A DNA stretch of 63,588 nt, counting the filler, from Chiloscyllium plagiosum (taxonomy: Eukaryota): assembly GCF_004010195.1 (NCBI RefSeq). It is 5 parts of one record of this genome, joined end to end, with 100 filler letters (N's around TTAATTAATTAA, not from the genome) between each part and the next. Parts side by side here need not be neighbours in the genome. Positions count along the whole stretch, not along the records: positions 45,970 to 52,581 come from NC_057710.1; positions 52,682 to 58,041 come from NC_057710.1; positions 58,142 to 63,588 come from NC_057710.1; 2 more parts are not named here. One strand, given 5' to 3'. Shown piece by piece: positions 51,396 through 63,479 of the stretch. The position numbers were made by a program, and so were the translations under genes. Numbering within the stretch: position 1 is the stretch's first letter; the number at the start of each line of letters is the position of its first letter. The notes beneath the pieces were generated by a model. The model made no database searches, had not been told where the DNA came from, and worked only from the letters and a program-made list of their open reading frames with translations.

Positions 51396-51891
51396 TCAGA
51401 GGCTGAGGGGTAACCTTATAGAGGTTTAGAAAATCATTCAGCACCAGGTAATAGTCCAACATGTTTAATTGGAAGTACTAGCTATTGGAGTGCTGCTCCT
51501 TCATCAGGTGGTTTGGCATCTCCAAATCATAGAAAATCATGAGGGGTGGAGATAGGGTATATTCCTAAGGTATTTACCCCAGGGCAGGGGATTCAAAAAC
51601 TAGAGGGCATAGATTTAAGGTGAAAGGGGAAAGATTTAAAAGGGACCTCAAGAGAAACTTTTCATGCAGAAGGTGGTGCATGTATGAAATGAGCTGCCAG
51701 AGGAAGTGAAGGAGGCTGGTACAATTACAACATTTAAAAGGCATCTGGATGGGAAATGATTAGGACGAGTTTAGATGGATATGGGCCAAATGCTGGCAAA
51801 TGGGTCTAGGTTAATTCAGGATCTCTGGTCAGCATGGGCTATTTGGACCAAAGGGTCTGTTTCCATGCTGTACATCTCTATGACTTTGACT
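51396..51891 (+). mobile_element. HER1/CR1-like LINE 3' end carrying a small PLE-derived insertion
   Basis: ggctgaggggtaaccttatagagg...ctatgactttgact; insertion at 51438-51529. Confidence 0.85.
51438..51529 (-). mobile_element. 92-bp PLE family-2 hammerhead-region insertion with an 11-bp TSD
   Basis: tagaaaatcat at 51427-51437 and 51530-51540; minus strand ctgatgaaggagcagcactccaatagctag. Confidence 0.7.
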
Positions 51892-52179
51892 CTTAACGAT
51901 CAGTAATTTCAACAGGAAATTGAAAAGGCACCTGAACTTGCAAGACTACATGGATAGAGCTGGAGAATGGGACAGATGAGAACCTCCTACAGGGAGCTGA
52001 CATGGACTCAAATGGCTTAATGTCTGCCTTCAGTTTCATAAGTGACTCCATCATTCCGTTGTGAAAAACACTGGATAAAACCACATGGGCTTGAAAAGTA
52101 GATTTTTTTTCATTTTGTTAGAACACTTCTTTTTTATTTCCAAATGTTTCCAAATTGGAGATAGAGTCAGAGACAGAGT

Positions 52180-52530
52180 GTCATAGAGTCCTACAGCACA
52201 GAGACATGCCCTTTGGCCCAAACAGGTCCATGCCGACCAAAATGCCCATCCACGCTAACCCCATTTCCCTGCACTTGGCCCATATCCTTTTAATCCTTTC
52301 CTATCATGTATTTGTCCAAATGCCTTTTCAATGTTGTTAATGTATTCACCTCAACCACTTCCATTGGCACCTCATTCCATATGCATACCACCGTCTGTGA
52401 AAAAAAGGTGCACCTCAGGTTCCCTTTTATTCTTTCCCCTCTAACCTTAAACTGATGCCCTTTAGTCCTTGATTCCCTAACCCTGGGAAAAGACTGAATG
52501 GATTCACTCTATCCATGCCTCTCAGGATCT
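52180..52530 (-). mobile_element. HER1/CR1-like LINE 3' end
   Basis: Reverse complement of the LINE 3' region (tcatagagtc...ctaaccttaaactgatgccc); followed by a family-2 PLE repeat to the gap at 52582. Confidence 0.8.
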
Positions 52531-52681
52531 TAAAAATCACACAACACCAGGTTATAGTCCAACAGGTTTAATTGGAAGCACNNNNNNNNNNNNNNNNNNN
52601 NNNNNNNNNNNNNNNNNNNNNNNNNTTAATTAATTAANNNNNNNNNNNNNNNNNNNNNNNNNNNNNNNNNNNNNNNNNNNN

Positions 52682-52845
52682 CTTTTATCTTAGCCTGCTG
52701 GACAAACTTTCCTCATTCCTGAAGAAGGGCTTATGCCCGAAACGTCGATTCTCCTGTTCCCTGGATGCTGCCTGACCTGCTGCGCTTTTCCAGCAACACA
52801 TTTCCAGCTCTGATCTCCAGCATCTGCAGACCTCACTTTCTCCTC
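52682..52845 (+). mobile_element. PLE 3' terminal repeat (family 1), young copy
   Basis: Matches 45970-46187, 57900-58020 and the reverse of 63480-63588. Confidence 0.85.
52715..52750 (+). ncRNA. Minimal type I hammerhead ribozyme motif (PLE-type)
   Basis: CUGAAGA-a-GGGC(uuau)GCCC-GAAA-C-GUC; ACGU palindrome in place of helix III; weak helix I (attc/gatt). Confidence 0.7.
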
Positions 52846-53169
52846 CAGGGAGCAGATAATAATGTTGATATTTCTGGTCTTTTTGTAATCTAATCATAAT
52901 ATAAGTTATGCACATGGAGTTTGAATATAACCATGTTTCCCCATTTCACACCTGAGTAGCACTGCAGTACACTTCAAGGTATAAGCAGCTGAAAATGGTG
53001 CAGGATACAAATTCAATGTCTGTGAAGCACTTGTGTATTGTTGGACACAGATCAGAAGCAAATTGTATTTTAAAAATAAAGCTGACCATTGAAATAATGC
53101 AAAGACAAAAGATAAACTGTTCCTTCCTCCAGGGACATTCTTGAAGATACAGTTGGATGGTTATATATT

Positions 53170-53285
53170 TGACTGATGAAGGGTTATGCCCAATACAGCG
53201 ACTCTCTAGCTCCTCAGATGCTGCCAGACCTTCTGTGCCACACTTATCAACTCTGACCTCTCCAGAATCTGCAGCCCTCACTATC
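53170..53285 (+). mobile_element. Decayed PLE terminal repeat
   Basis: ctgatgaagggttatgcccaatac...gatgctgccagacc...atctgcagccctcact. Confidence 0.6.
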
Positions 53286-54169
53286 TTCTTTTTTATTTGA
53301 CTGACAAACTAAGGCTTCCATATCAATCATATAGGTCCTATCTGTCTTAATGATTACTTCTTCTACCAATCTTTTTTTTAACAGCTTAAAAAATTACTGG
53401 AGGATCTTGTTACTTTTTTAAAAACTTACTGATGTGCCATTTATGATTCGGTACCTTCTCCTTTGCCTTGTTTCTCGTGAAATTACTTATTACTGGAAGA
53501 GCAATAACACCCATATATGGTCGTTGATGAGATTTACCTGGCACTCACCATAAGCCTGATCAATCATTTCACTAGCAAATTGAGGAACCAGTCTGGAGTA
53601 CCTTCTATTGTAGGTGTCTGCGGTGTCTTGAAGCTGCTTACTGCTTGTTTCTATGTAAGATTTTTCAAGGCCTTCCTTCTAATAATTTGCCTTTATTTAG
53701 AGCTGTACACAGTGGGCTTGCAAATACAGTTCTTTAGTGGAGCATTTAAGACCTCTTTGTCTCTTTGTATGCTCATCCTTATCTCCTCTTTTACTGATGT
53801 TCGAATTGTGATATCAGTTTCATCATCACAAATCCCATAACATCACTTCTGCTCCAAAGTTTCTCTCTGTTTGCTCTACTTTATTCCAGTAATATACTTT
53901 TACTTCCTTACTTAGACTTTTTGATCATAAACATCATAATCAACATCACTATTGCCATTGTCACTATTATCAGCATCTCCTCCCCTCAGTCCTCAGAGTG
54001 CGTATCTCACTGGATGAGATGATCTGGAACTATGATTGGATGCTACAATCTAGTTCATTTTAATTTCACACAAAAGTGATGGCTTTGTACCACTCTGTAC
54101 ACCATCTGATGTAGTATACATCCTCTGGTTATTATATTTGGTCTCATACCATGTGGTCTCACATTTTGG

Positions 54170-54465
54170 CTCGAATAAGATTTAATGCCTTTCTGCTCCT
54201 GCTGAATGTCTCTTTGGACAACATAACACCTTGGTTTGTCTGTTCCTGCAATGATCGTAGTTTATGACTTCCTGTCTGTTAATCAGACTTTCTCCCCTAG
54301 TTTTAAGGTTGACAACGTTTTCAACTGTATCTGGAGTTGTACCATCTCTGCTACTTTTGGTGTGGAGCTTTTCAAGTTGTTTAACTTCTCATGACCTTGA
54401 AAATTATGTTTAGCTTCTAAAATTGGTAAATCTGTTTTTAAGCTCCTCCCTATTGACAATCCCAT
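54170..54465 (-). mobile_element. Ty3/Gypsy integrase C-terminal remnant
   Basis: LSIGRSLKTDLPIL (cf. LLMGRxLRTxLP), LSTLKLGEKV, PRCYVV and an RRxRxxL-like tail, in the order typical of Gypsy Pol C-termini. Confidence 0.5.
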
Positions 54466-54779
54466 TGGTAAACACCCAATCCACAGGCCTATTTATGTGA
54501 AAAGCTCCCTCCTTCTTCAGTACTGATGCCAATGTCCCATAAATTTGAAAGTTTTTCTCCCACACCAGGCATGTGTTTACCTCTTTGGTCTTGTTGACCC
54601 TGTGCCAATTATCTCGTGGCTCAGGTTATAATCCAGAGATTACCTTTTCAATTCTGTTTTTTAATATTGCTCATATTTCTCTACCAGAACCTCTTTCCTG
54701 TTCTACATATATCATTGATATCTATGTAGACAACAACAACTGGATCTTTCCCCTCCTACTTCATGTTCCTTTGCAACCC

Positions 54780-55990
54780 GCACCTCTTATCTTATGATGG
54801 AGGAGAGGTCACTGATGAAGCAGTTGAAGATGATTGTGCCTAGCGCACTACCCTGAGGAACTCTTGCAGAGATATCCTGGAGCTGAGATGACTAATCTCC
54901 AACAATCACAACCATCTACCTACAGGCCAGACATGATTCTAATCAGTGGAACGTTTGTCCCCTGATACTCATTGATTCCAGTTTTGCTCAGGGTCCCTGA
55001 TGTCAAACTCAGTCAAATGTGGACTTCATGCCATGGGCACCTCATCTCTAGAATTTGTCTTTTGTCCATATTTGAACCAAGGCGCTAATAAGGTCAGGAG
55101 GTGAATCATCAGTGAATGCACAATATTCAGCACCATCAGTGAATCATCAGATACTGAAGCAATCTATGTTCAAATGCAACAAGATATGGACAATATTCAG
55201 GTTTGGGCTGACAAGTGGCAAGTAACATCTGCAACTTACAAATGCCAGGCAATTATCATCTCCAATAACAGACAGTCTAACCACTATCCCTTGACATTCA
55301 ATAGTGTGACCATCACTGAACCACCACTCTCAACATTCTGGGGTTACCATTGATCAGAAACTCAACTGGATTTGCCACATAAATACAGTGGCTAAAAGAG
55401 CAAGTCCAAGGCTAAGAATATTGTGGCGAGTAAGTCATCTCCTGACTTCCCAAAGCTTGAACCCCATTTATAAAGCACAAAGAAGGTGTGTGATGGAATA
55501 TTCCTCACTTGCCGGGTTGGATGCAGCTCCAATAACATTCAAGCAGCTTGACATCAGCCAGGATAAAGCAGCCCACTGAATTAGCACCATGTCCATAACT
55601 ATCTAATCCCTCCACCACCAACACTGAGTCGTAGCAGTTTGTACTATCTACAAGTTGAATTGCAGAAATTCACCAGAGATTCTTCGACAGCACTTTCGTT
55701 ATCCACAACCATTTCCATCTGGAAGGATAAGTGCAGCAGATACTTGGGAGCACCTCTACATATAAGTTCCTCTCCAAGCTATTTACTGTCTTGACGAGGA
55801 AATATATCCTTCACTGTTGCTATGTTAAAGTCCTGGAATTCCCTCCTTAATGGCAATATGGGTCAATCTTACAGCACATGGACAGCAGTGGTTCAAGAAG
55901 GTAGCTCACCACCACCTTCTCAAAGATACCAGGGACAGGCTATAAATGCTGACAAGCCAGTGGTGCCCACATTCCAAGAGTGAATAAAAC
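54780..55990. mobile_element. Older CR1-clade LINE (second family) with inverted 5' part
   Basis: 54780-55105 is RT sequence on the minus strand; 55110-55990 is the following RT and 3' end on the plus strand. Confidence 0.7.
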
Positions 55991-56389
55991 AAAAACTTGA
56001 CAGCAATTTGCAATAACTTCCTATAACATTCAATGACCACCTTGATAATCAGTTAGTGACTCTGGTGACTGTAAATTTTGCTGTCTTGTGCATTTAAGAC
56101 TGATGTGAGGTCTGGAAGGAATGCAAAAGGGACAATAAAAAAAACTGAAAGAAACAAAGGTACAGAAAGAGGATAACTTAAAAAAAAAAGCCAGATGGCA
56201 ACCAAATTGAAAAAGAAACACCAACGTTCAGAGCTGGACATACATTTCCTTATAAGGATGATGTGCAGCAGGAGACCAGATTTGCAACTAGGAATGTAGT
56301 ACCATTGAGGATTCCTCCCTCTTTTTAATCTTAAAACTTGTGGCTTTGTTGTGCAGCTACAAATGACAAATAGTTAAACTTAATAAAAA

Positions 56390-56520
56390 ACGAAAGAACT
56401 GTGGATGCTGCAAATCAGAAACAAAAACAAAAGTTGCTGGAAAAGCTCAGCAGGTCTGGCAGCGTCTGTGCAGAGAAATCAAAGTTAACATTTTGGGTCC
56501 AGTGACCCTTCCTCAGAATT
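56390..56520 (-). mobile_element. PLE terminal repeat (family 3) with decayed hammerhead
   Basis: Minus strand ctgaggaagggtcactggacccaaaatgttaac...gctgccagacctgctgagc. Confidence 0.65.
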
Positions 56521-57394
56521 CTCAAACATTTTGTTTTGAAATGGTTTCATTACAAATGTTAGAAAACAAAATTATTCAAGCCTTTATTCTCAATAACAAT
56601 CTTAGACATACGCAAACCTCAGTAAAAGGTCACTTTATTTCTACTTTAAAATTTCTATTCAGTGGCATAGCTGTAATTAATTTCCATTTGGCAAATCTCT
56701 GCATTCATTCATCAGTTAATGTCTCTTTCTGATGCCTTTAAACAAACTGCTAACACAGCTCCCTAACTCCTTAACATGTTGCCCTTAAACTCCTATATTC
56801 AACAGCCTTGTAGGATGTCTTCTGCTCTGATACTTATTCCTTCTGTTCTGAAGACATTTCCCTTTTCACTTCTAAACCACACAGGAGTTTGTTTCTTCTG
56901 CCATGACTCTTTTGGAGAGTGCTAAATTGCACTGCTAATGTTACAAGCTTTTTTTCTCTTTGAATGACCTGCTTCTCTCTGAAAGATAGAAGGAATAGAC
57001 GATAAAAGTTGCGAGCAATGCCCAAATTCCATGAATGCATTTCAAAAAAATGAATTTTTAAAATCCTCCTTAACCCTCTGGAGATTCTTAATCTGAAAAT
57101 AACTTGTTTCTGTCCTTGTCTCCCCAAATCTTAGGACACCTTGTTGCTAGAATTCAGTCAATTCTTTCCCTCTTTTCTCCCCTTGTTTTCCAAGCACTGA
57201 ACTATTTCCATCAAAGGTATTTTTAAAGGCCTCATTTAAATGCACACAAACATATGTTCTCACAACCTGGTACCATTCACAGAATTCAAAAGTAAAATCA
57301 TGACCTTCGCTTCCACATGGCATAGGAATACAAATCAAATTTAAAGTGATATATGGGTCTTGCCAGTTTAAAACACAAGGTCAGATTCACCTTG

Positions 57395-58041
57395 AAACTT
57401 CGATATCCGCCACAGATTCACCTGCACCTCCACCCACATCATCTACTGCATCCGCTGCAGCCGGTGTGGCCTCCTCTATATTGGGGAGACAGGCCGCCTA
57501 CTTGCGGAGCGATTCAGAGAGCACCTCTGGGCCACCCGGACGAATCAACCCAACCACCCTGTAGCACAGCATTTCAACTCCCCCTCCCACTCCACCGAGG
57601 ATATGCAGGTCATTGGACTCATCCACCGCCAAACCACAACAACGCGACGGTCGGAGGAGGAGCGTCTTATCTTCCGACTAGGAACCCTCCAACCACAGGG
57701 GATGAACTTGGACTTCACCAGTTTCTTCATCCCCCCTCCCCCCACCTTGTCTCAGCCAAATCCCTCCAGCCCGGCACCGCCTTCCTGACCTGCAGTCTTC
57801 TTCTTGACCTCTCCGCCTCCATCCTACTCCGACCTATCACCCTCACCTTGACCTCTTTCCACCTATCACATTTCCAACGCCCCTCCTCCAAGTCCCTCCT
57901 CCCTACCTTTTATCTTCTCCTGCTGAACACTCTCTGCTCATTCCTGAAGAAGGGCCTGTGCCCGAAACGTCGAATCTCCTGTTCCCTGGATGCTGCCTGA
58001 CCTGCTGTGCTGTTCCAGCAATAAAGTTTCAACTTTGATAT
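57395..58041 (+). mobile_element. 5'-truncated Penelope-like element: GIY-YIG endonuclease and 3' terminal repeat
   Basis: Open frame 57408-57788: RHRFTCTSTHIIYCIRCSRCGLLYIGETGRLLAERFREH...HPVAQHFN...EEERLIFRLGTLQPQGMN. Confidence 0.92.
57940..57975 (+). ncRNA. Minimal type I hammerhead ribozyme motif (PLE-type)
   Basis: AUUC-CUGAAGA-a-GGGC(cugu)GCCC-GAAA-C-GUC-GAAU; 4-bp helix I, 4-bp helix II, ACGU palindrome; predicted cleavage after 57971. Confidence 0.75.
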
Positions 58042-58174
58042 NNNNNNNNNNNNNNNNNNNNNNNNNNNNNNNNNNNNNNNNNNNNTTAATTAATTAANNN
58101 NNNNNNNNNNNNNNNNNNNNNNNNNNNNNNNNNNNNNNNNNTTCCACACTGTAAGTAATCTAATCTAAAACATT

Positions 58175-59420
58175 TCTATGTTTTTATGACATAGCCAGTG
58201 TATTGACTGGATAATTAAGTGATGCGAATGTCATGGGATGATGGTTAGACTGTCTCATGTTGGAGACAGTCATTGCCTGGCACTTGTGTACTGCGAATGT
58301 TACTTGCCATTTGTCATCCTAAACCTGGAAGTTGTCCAGGTCTTGCTGCATATGGACATGGGGTATATCAGCACCTGAGGAGTTGCAAGCTGTGCCTTCA
58401 GCAGTAACATCCCCACCGCTGCTTTATAATGGATGAAAGATCATTAATGAAGCAATTGAAGATTGTTGGACTTGGAACACTATGCTGAGGAACTCCTGCA
58501 GAGATGCCCTGGAGCTGAGATGACTGACCTCTGACAACCACAAACACTTACTTCACATAAGAAAATAAGAACTAGAAGCAGAAGTAGGCAGTTCAGACCT
58601 TTGAGTCTACTCCCACACCTAATACAAACATGGCTGAACTCCTCTCTGCCTCAATTCCACTTTCCTACCCACTTCCCATAACTCTTTAGTCCATTTCTAA
58701 TTAAAATATGTCTCACTCCTCCTCAAATTTATTTAGTGTCCCAGTATTTACTGCACTCTGGGTGAGTGAACTCCACAGATCCACAACCTTTTGAGAGAAA
58801 CAATTCCTCCTCATCTGTTTTAAGTCTGCTATCCTATAGCTGAAAACAATGATCTCTCATTGTGGATTGCCCCATGATGGGAAACATCCACTGTTCGTTT
58901 ACTTGCTCAATGGCCTTTAGCTCTTGTACACCTCAATTGGACTTCCTCTCATCCTTTAAACTCTAGTGAATACATGTCTAAACTGCTCAGTCTCTCACTA
59001 TAAGGTGAGCCGTTGAGCTAGATACGTCTTTGACCAGCAGACTCTTTGAATCCTACAACTTAAGTTTTGCTAGGGCTCCCTGATGCCACCCGTGATAAAT
59101 ACAGTCCTGATGTCAAGGGCTGTTGCTGTCATCTCACCTCTGGAATTCAGCTCTTCTGTCTCTGTTTGAAGCAAGGCTGTAATGAGGTCAGGAGCTGAGT
59201 GGCCCTGGCGGAACCCAAACTGGGCGTCACTGAGCGGGTTATCGTTGAGCAGGTGCTGCTTGATAGCACTGTTGCTGACCCCTTCCATCACTTTACTGGC
59301 GATTGAGAGTATACTGACAGGGCAGTAATTGCTGGGTTGAATTAATCCTGTTTTTGAGTACAGGACATAGCTGGGCAATTTTTCAAGTTTTGGGTGGATG
59401 CCAGAGTTGGAGTTGATGCA
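58175..59420 (-). mobile_element. Older CR1-clade LINE (second family) RT with a nested minus-strand LINE 3' end (~58555-59000)
   Basis: NYCPVSILSIASKVME...QFGFRQGHSAPDLI...ALDI in ORF 59070..59378; continues at 58545-58175. Confidence 0.75.
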
Positions 59421-59779
59421 AGGGGTTCGCTGTTGTCTTCAAAGGACCCAAATAGATTGATTAAACATGACTTTCCTTTCACCAAATCATGATGTCTCTG
59501 CCTGATTATCTTGAAGTTTTCTAAGTGCCCTTCTTAACTTCTTTAATAATAGCTTATAAAATTTTCCCTCTGATAGATACAGCAAAATCATAATGACATC
59601 AACAGTTTGTTCGCAGTCAGTGAGGTACTCATGCTGATCTGAGAGGAGATTGTGGTGTCACAGTCATGTCACTAGATTAGTAATCCAGCGAACTAGGCAA
59701 AATATCAGATAATATTATTCAATTCCCATCATCACAGCTGCTGATATTTCAAGTTAATTAATAAGTCGAGAATTGGCTA

Positions 59780-59990
59780 TAGTCGGTTCTGATATAACGC
59801 AATAGTTCCATTCCCATTCGACCCCACGATATAAGAAAATCGCATAATATCATCACTATTTAAACTAATGAAGCTGGAATTGCGTTAGAACCTGAGGAAA
59901 GTTCACGTTCTATAAGTAATGGTCTAAATTCATCTATCATGTTATAGCCAATTCGCATTGAAGTAATGCACGTTATAGCAGAACTGACTG
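59780..59990. mobile_element. MITE, Tc1/mariner (Tigger/pogo-like)
   Basis: 20-bp TIRs tagtcggttctgatataacg / cgttatagcagaactgactg (17/20 match); TA on the left flank, right TA decayed to GA. Confidence 0.75.
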
Positions 59991-62779
59991 GACTTTTGAC
60001 AATGCCAATCATAACTAACATCTTTTTTTTCTAAATGCCTGGTTGACTACTTCACTTTAGGAAAGGAAATCTGTCATCCTTATCAAGCTTGCCTTTATGT
60101 GACTTCAGACCCAAAGCAATGTTATTGGCTCTTCATTGCCCTCTGAACTGGTTTAGCAAGCCATGCATTTAAAGGCATTAAGGATGGGCAACAAATACCA
60201 GCGTTACCAGTGATGCACACATCCCATGAAAGAGTTAAATAAACACTTAATGACAGAGAGCCTGACACTACAGTTATAATCCTGTTCATTGTGTTATATA
60301 TATTGGCACAGTCCCATGTTATGCAAGAAGAAAAATTCATTTGGCTTATTGAGCCTTGTTTCTTTTGCAGATTAGGTGAAAGCGTTTACTGTAATGGACT
60401 CTATCCAACTTTTTAATCCTTTTAATCTTATAAGGAGGATGAATAATGTAAGAGCACTTCCAAGAAGAGAATCCACAGTGAACTTTCTCCCTGACACCAA
60501 TATTTCTGTGTAACAGTATAACTAACATTCATCACTCCATGATGGCATAGCCTACACAACAGGATGGTCCTATCGTGAGTGTGATGATCTCCTTTTTCTG
60601 CGCATATATGTTAGGAGTTCCCTTGAACGAACTTTTCGATTGGCTGTCACGACCTTGGCCAGGATTAGTAGAAAGCCCACTTGGCCTCCATCTGTTTCGC
60701 TTCTCCCAAATTTATGGCAACCATTGCAATTGAAGGTGAGGCACCTCCTCAGAAGGTGAGAAATTAAGTATTAAAAATGTCTCTAAATTGTTTCATGGAA
60801 CGGTGAATCAACTGCAACAGATTTGCATAAAGGTCACCGTTAAGTGAAACTTAATGAGTACGTTGCTGGTCTGAGCATCTCTGGAAGGCCTGGCTACTCA
60901 GACACTGAGCTGGCCAGCACCAGGATGCCACCCACCGCCCCCCTCCCAGACACACACACACGGCCTCAAGTAGAACAGCAGTTTCCACTTGAGCTGGGAG
61001 CAGGCAGCTCTTCTGGACTGGCATCACCACTGAGAGTGGTAGTCCCAGCTGGTAACATACAAGGGTCTGGAGATGGGATTGACCTATAGAATCCCAGATA
61101 AAGGTGAGTGTGAGACAGATGGGAAGTGAGATCAGAGAATGATTTTAGTGCTCTCCCCCCCCCCCCCCACCACCCCTTTCGCTAGGTTTCTCAAAGAGAG
61201 AGTTCCCTAGAATGAGGGAGCCCTTTAGGTGAGCCCTTAGTGGGGCTGGGTCTGCCTGGATGGAGAATCCCACCCATGTTGCTGGGTTAAGGCCCTTAGC
61301 TGACTATTTCAGAGCCTCAGGTTTTCTCTGAGAAGGAAGGCTGCTGTCTACCCAGCCAGGCCTGAGCTGATTGGGAAGGTGGTGGCGTTCCCAACCCACA
61401 GTCAGCTGCCCAATCAAAAGCCCCCTGCATCCTGTAGCTGTGGTGGAGCAGCTGGAGGTGGAGATGGGGATGGGGGAATATGAAATCCCATTCAGAGTGT
61501 GAGTCTGGGCTGCATAGAGCCACAACAGTATTGTCGACCAGAATGGTGGTGATTGGGTGAAGCCCTCCAGACCTGGAGAATGCAACACGGTATCTTCTTA
61601 TTTAAGGATTTTAAAGGGTTAACAGTGAGGAGTGCCTTAAGCACCATCCATTGCAATGATATTGTGTGGATTTGTGGGAAAACAGCTTACAATCTGAGAA
61701 ATAAGACCTGACATCCAGGTCCTCCATGCAGTCTCTGGAATAATGTGTCTCTAATCTGTCGCCAGTTGTTAACATTCAATAAACTATTTCTTGTTCAATC
61801 CAAGAGCATCTTCTAGTTAGACCAGGAAGTGGTTTTCCTCTCTCATAGTAGGCCCTGTGAAATCATTACACTACAAGCAGCTGGACACAGTAAACTTACC
61901 CAATGCTCATGTGAAGATTTGGTTCAAATGCATGTACAACACAAGTGACTGAGGTTAAGTCTATGGTTATCATGTAACTATCCTCCATTTACTGTGTCTT
62001 TGCTTTTATCAGGAGAAGCAGTTTTAGTCATGAGTTCATAGAGTTTCATTCCAAATAGTCTCTGTTGATAGTTTGTTGTGGTGTACCTATAAACTTTAAA
62101 TAAATTGGTGCTTTTCTGTACAATAGATTGCTTGCTGTTAAATTCTGCTATAACAGCCGTGTTCCATCACTACCTACGTTAATTGGCTCTGTGATTGCCA
62201 CAAACACACTGGGGATTTTACCTCCAGTGGTCTCACTCTGTCCTCTAAAATTCAACTTCAGTGCATTTGCATTCAAATTGCAAAATATGCTATTCCGTGA
62301 TTGATTGCATAAAGCAAATAGAAGTATTGCAATCTCCAACAAAAAAACCTGTTGGGGCTTCCCTATAACTCTCTCGGAATGTGAGTCATGAAGACATTAG
62401 GAAGACAAGAAACAATTATAACTTCAGCTTTCACAGTTGGTGCCTAATTGTTAAGTGATTTTTGCTGTGGTCAAAGTGCAGCCTATCATCAGGTGAATGG
62501 TGAAGAGCGTGAATTCCAGTCAGACTGATTAGCCTTTGCAATCAAGAGCTGCAAGACTTTTGTTTTGTTTGCAAATGTTAAACATTCAGTTCACAGCATA
62601 ATTGTGCAGAAGTTAATGCAGCAAGGTCAATGGAAACTATTTCGGCACCAGGAGTACAATTGGAACCAATTACTGTGTCCTAGAAGATTCTGAACAAACC
62701 ATGGAAGTAGTTGGTTTGGAATCGTGCATTGACTGTAGTTGAATTGCCAGTATCTCATCTTTCCCTTAATTTTGTCAGT

Positions 62780-63475
62780 GTCATAGAATCATACAGTAGA
62801 GAAGAGTCCCTTCAGCCCATCGATTCTGCTCCAACCTATCTACACTAATTTCACTTTCCAGCACTTGGTCCATAGCTTTGAATGTTATCATAGAATCCCT
62901 ACAGTGTGAAAGCAGGCAGTTTGGTCCATCAAGTCCATACTGACCTGCGAAAGAGCATCTCACCCAGACCTACCTTCCTACCCTATCCCCGTAATCCTGT
63001 ATTGCTCATGGTTAATTCACATAACCTGCACATCTCTGGATACTATGGGCAATTTACCCAAGTCCACCTGACCTGCACATCTTTGGACTGTGGGAGGAAA
63101 CCAGAGCACCTGGAGGAAATCCACGCAGACACAAGGAGAATGTGCAAACTCCACACACATAGCCACCCAAGGCTGGAATTGAATGAACTCTAATCCCTGG
63201 CACTGTGAGGCAGCAGTGCTTACCACTGAGCCATCGTGCCACTCACTGTTATGACACTTCAAATGTTTACTCAAGTACTTTTTAAATGTTCTGAAGCTTC
63301 CCAGCAGTACTACCCTCCCCGGGCAGTGCATTCCAGTTACCCATCACTTTGTGTAAATTAAATTATCTTCTTTAAATCTCCTCTGAATCTTCTGCCTTCA
63401 TCTTAAAACTATCCCTCACTCATTTTGACCCTTAAATTACAGAGAGCGGCTGTTTACTTTCTGTCATTGTCCCTC
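62780..63475 (-). mobile_element. CR1-clade LINE 3' end, host of the SINE at 62889-63243
   Basis: Tail tcatagaatcatacag at 62781; body resumes at ~63247 (FKKYLSKHLKC on the minus strand). Confidence 0.7.
62889..63243 (-). mobile_element. HE1-like SINE, full length, nested in a LINE 3' end
   Basis: Reverse complement of ggcacgatggctcagtgg head through the tail; tgttat duplicated at 62883-62888 and 63247-63252. Confidence 0.88.
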
Positions 63476-63479
63476 ATAA

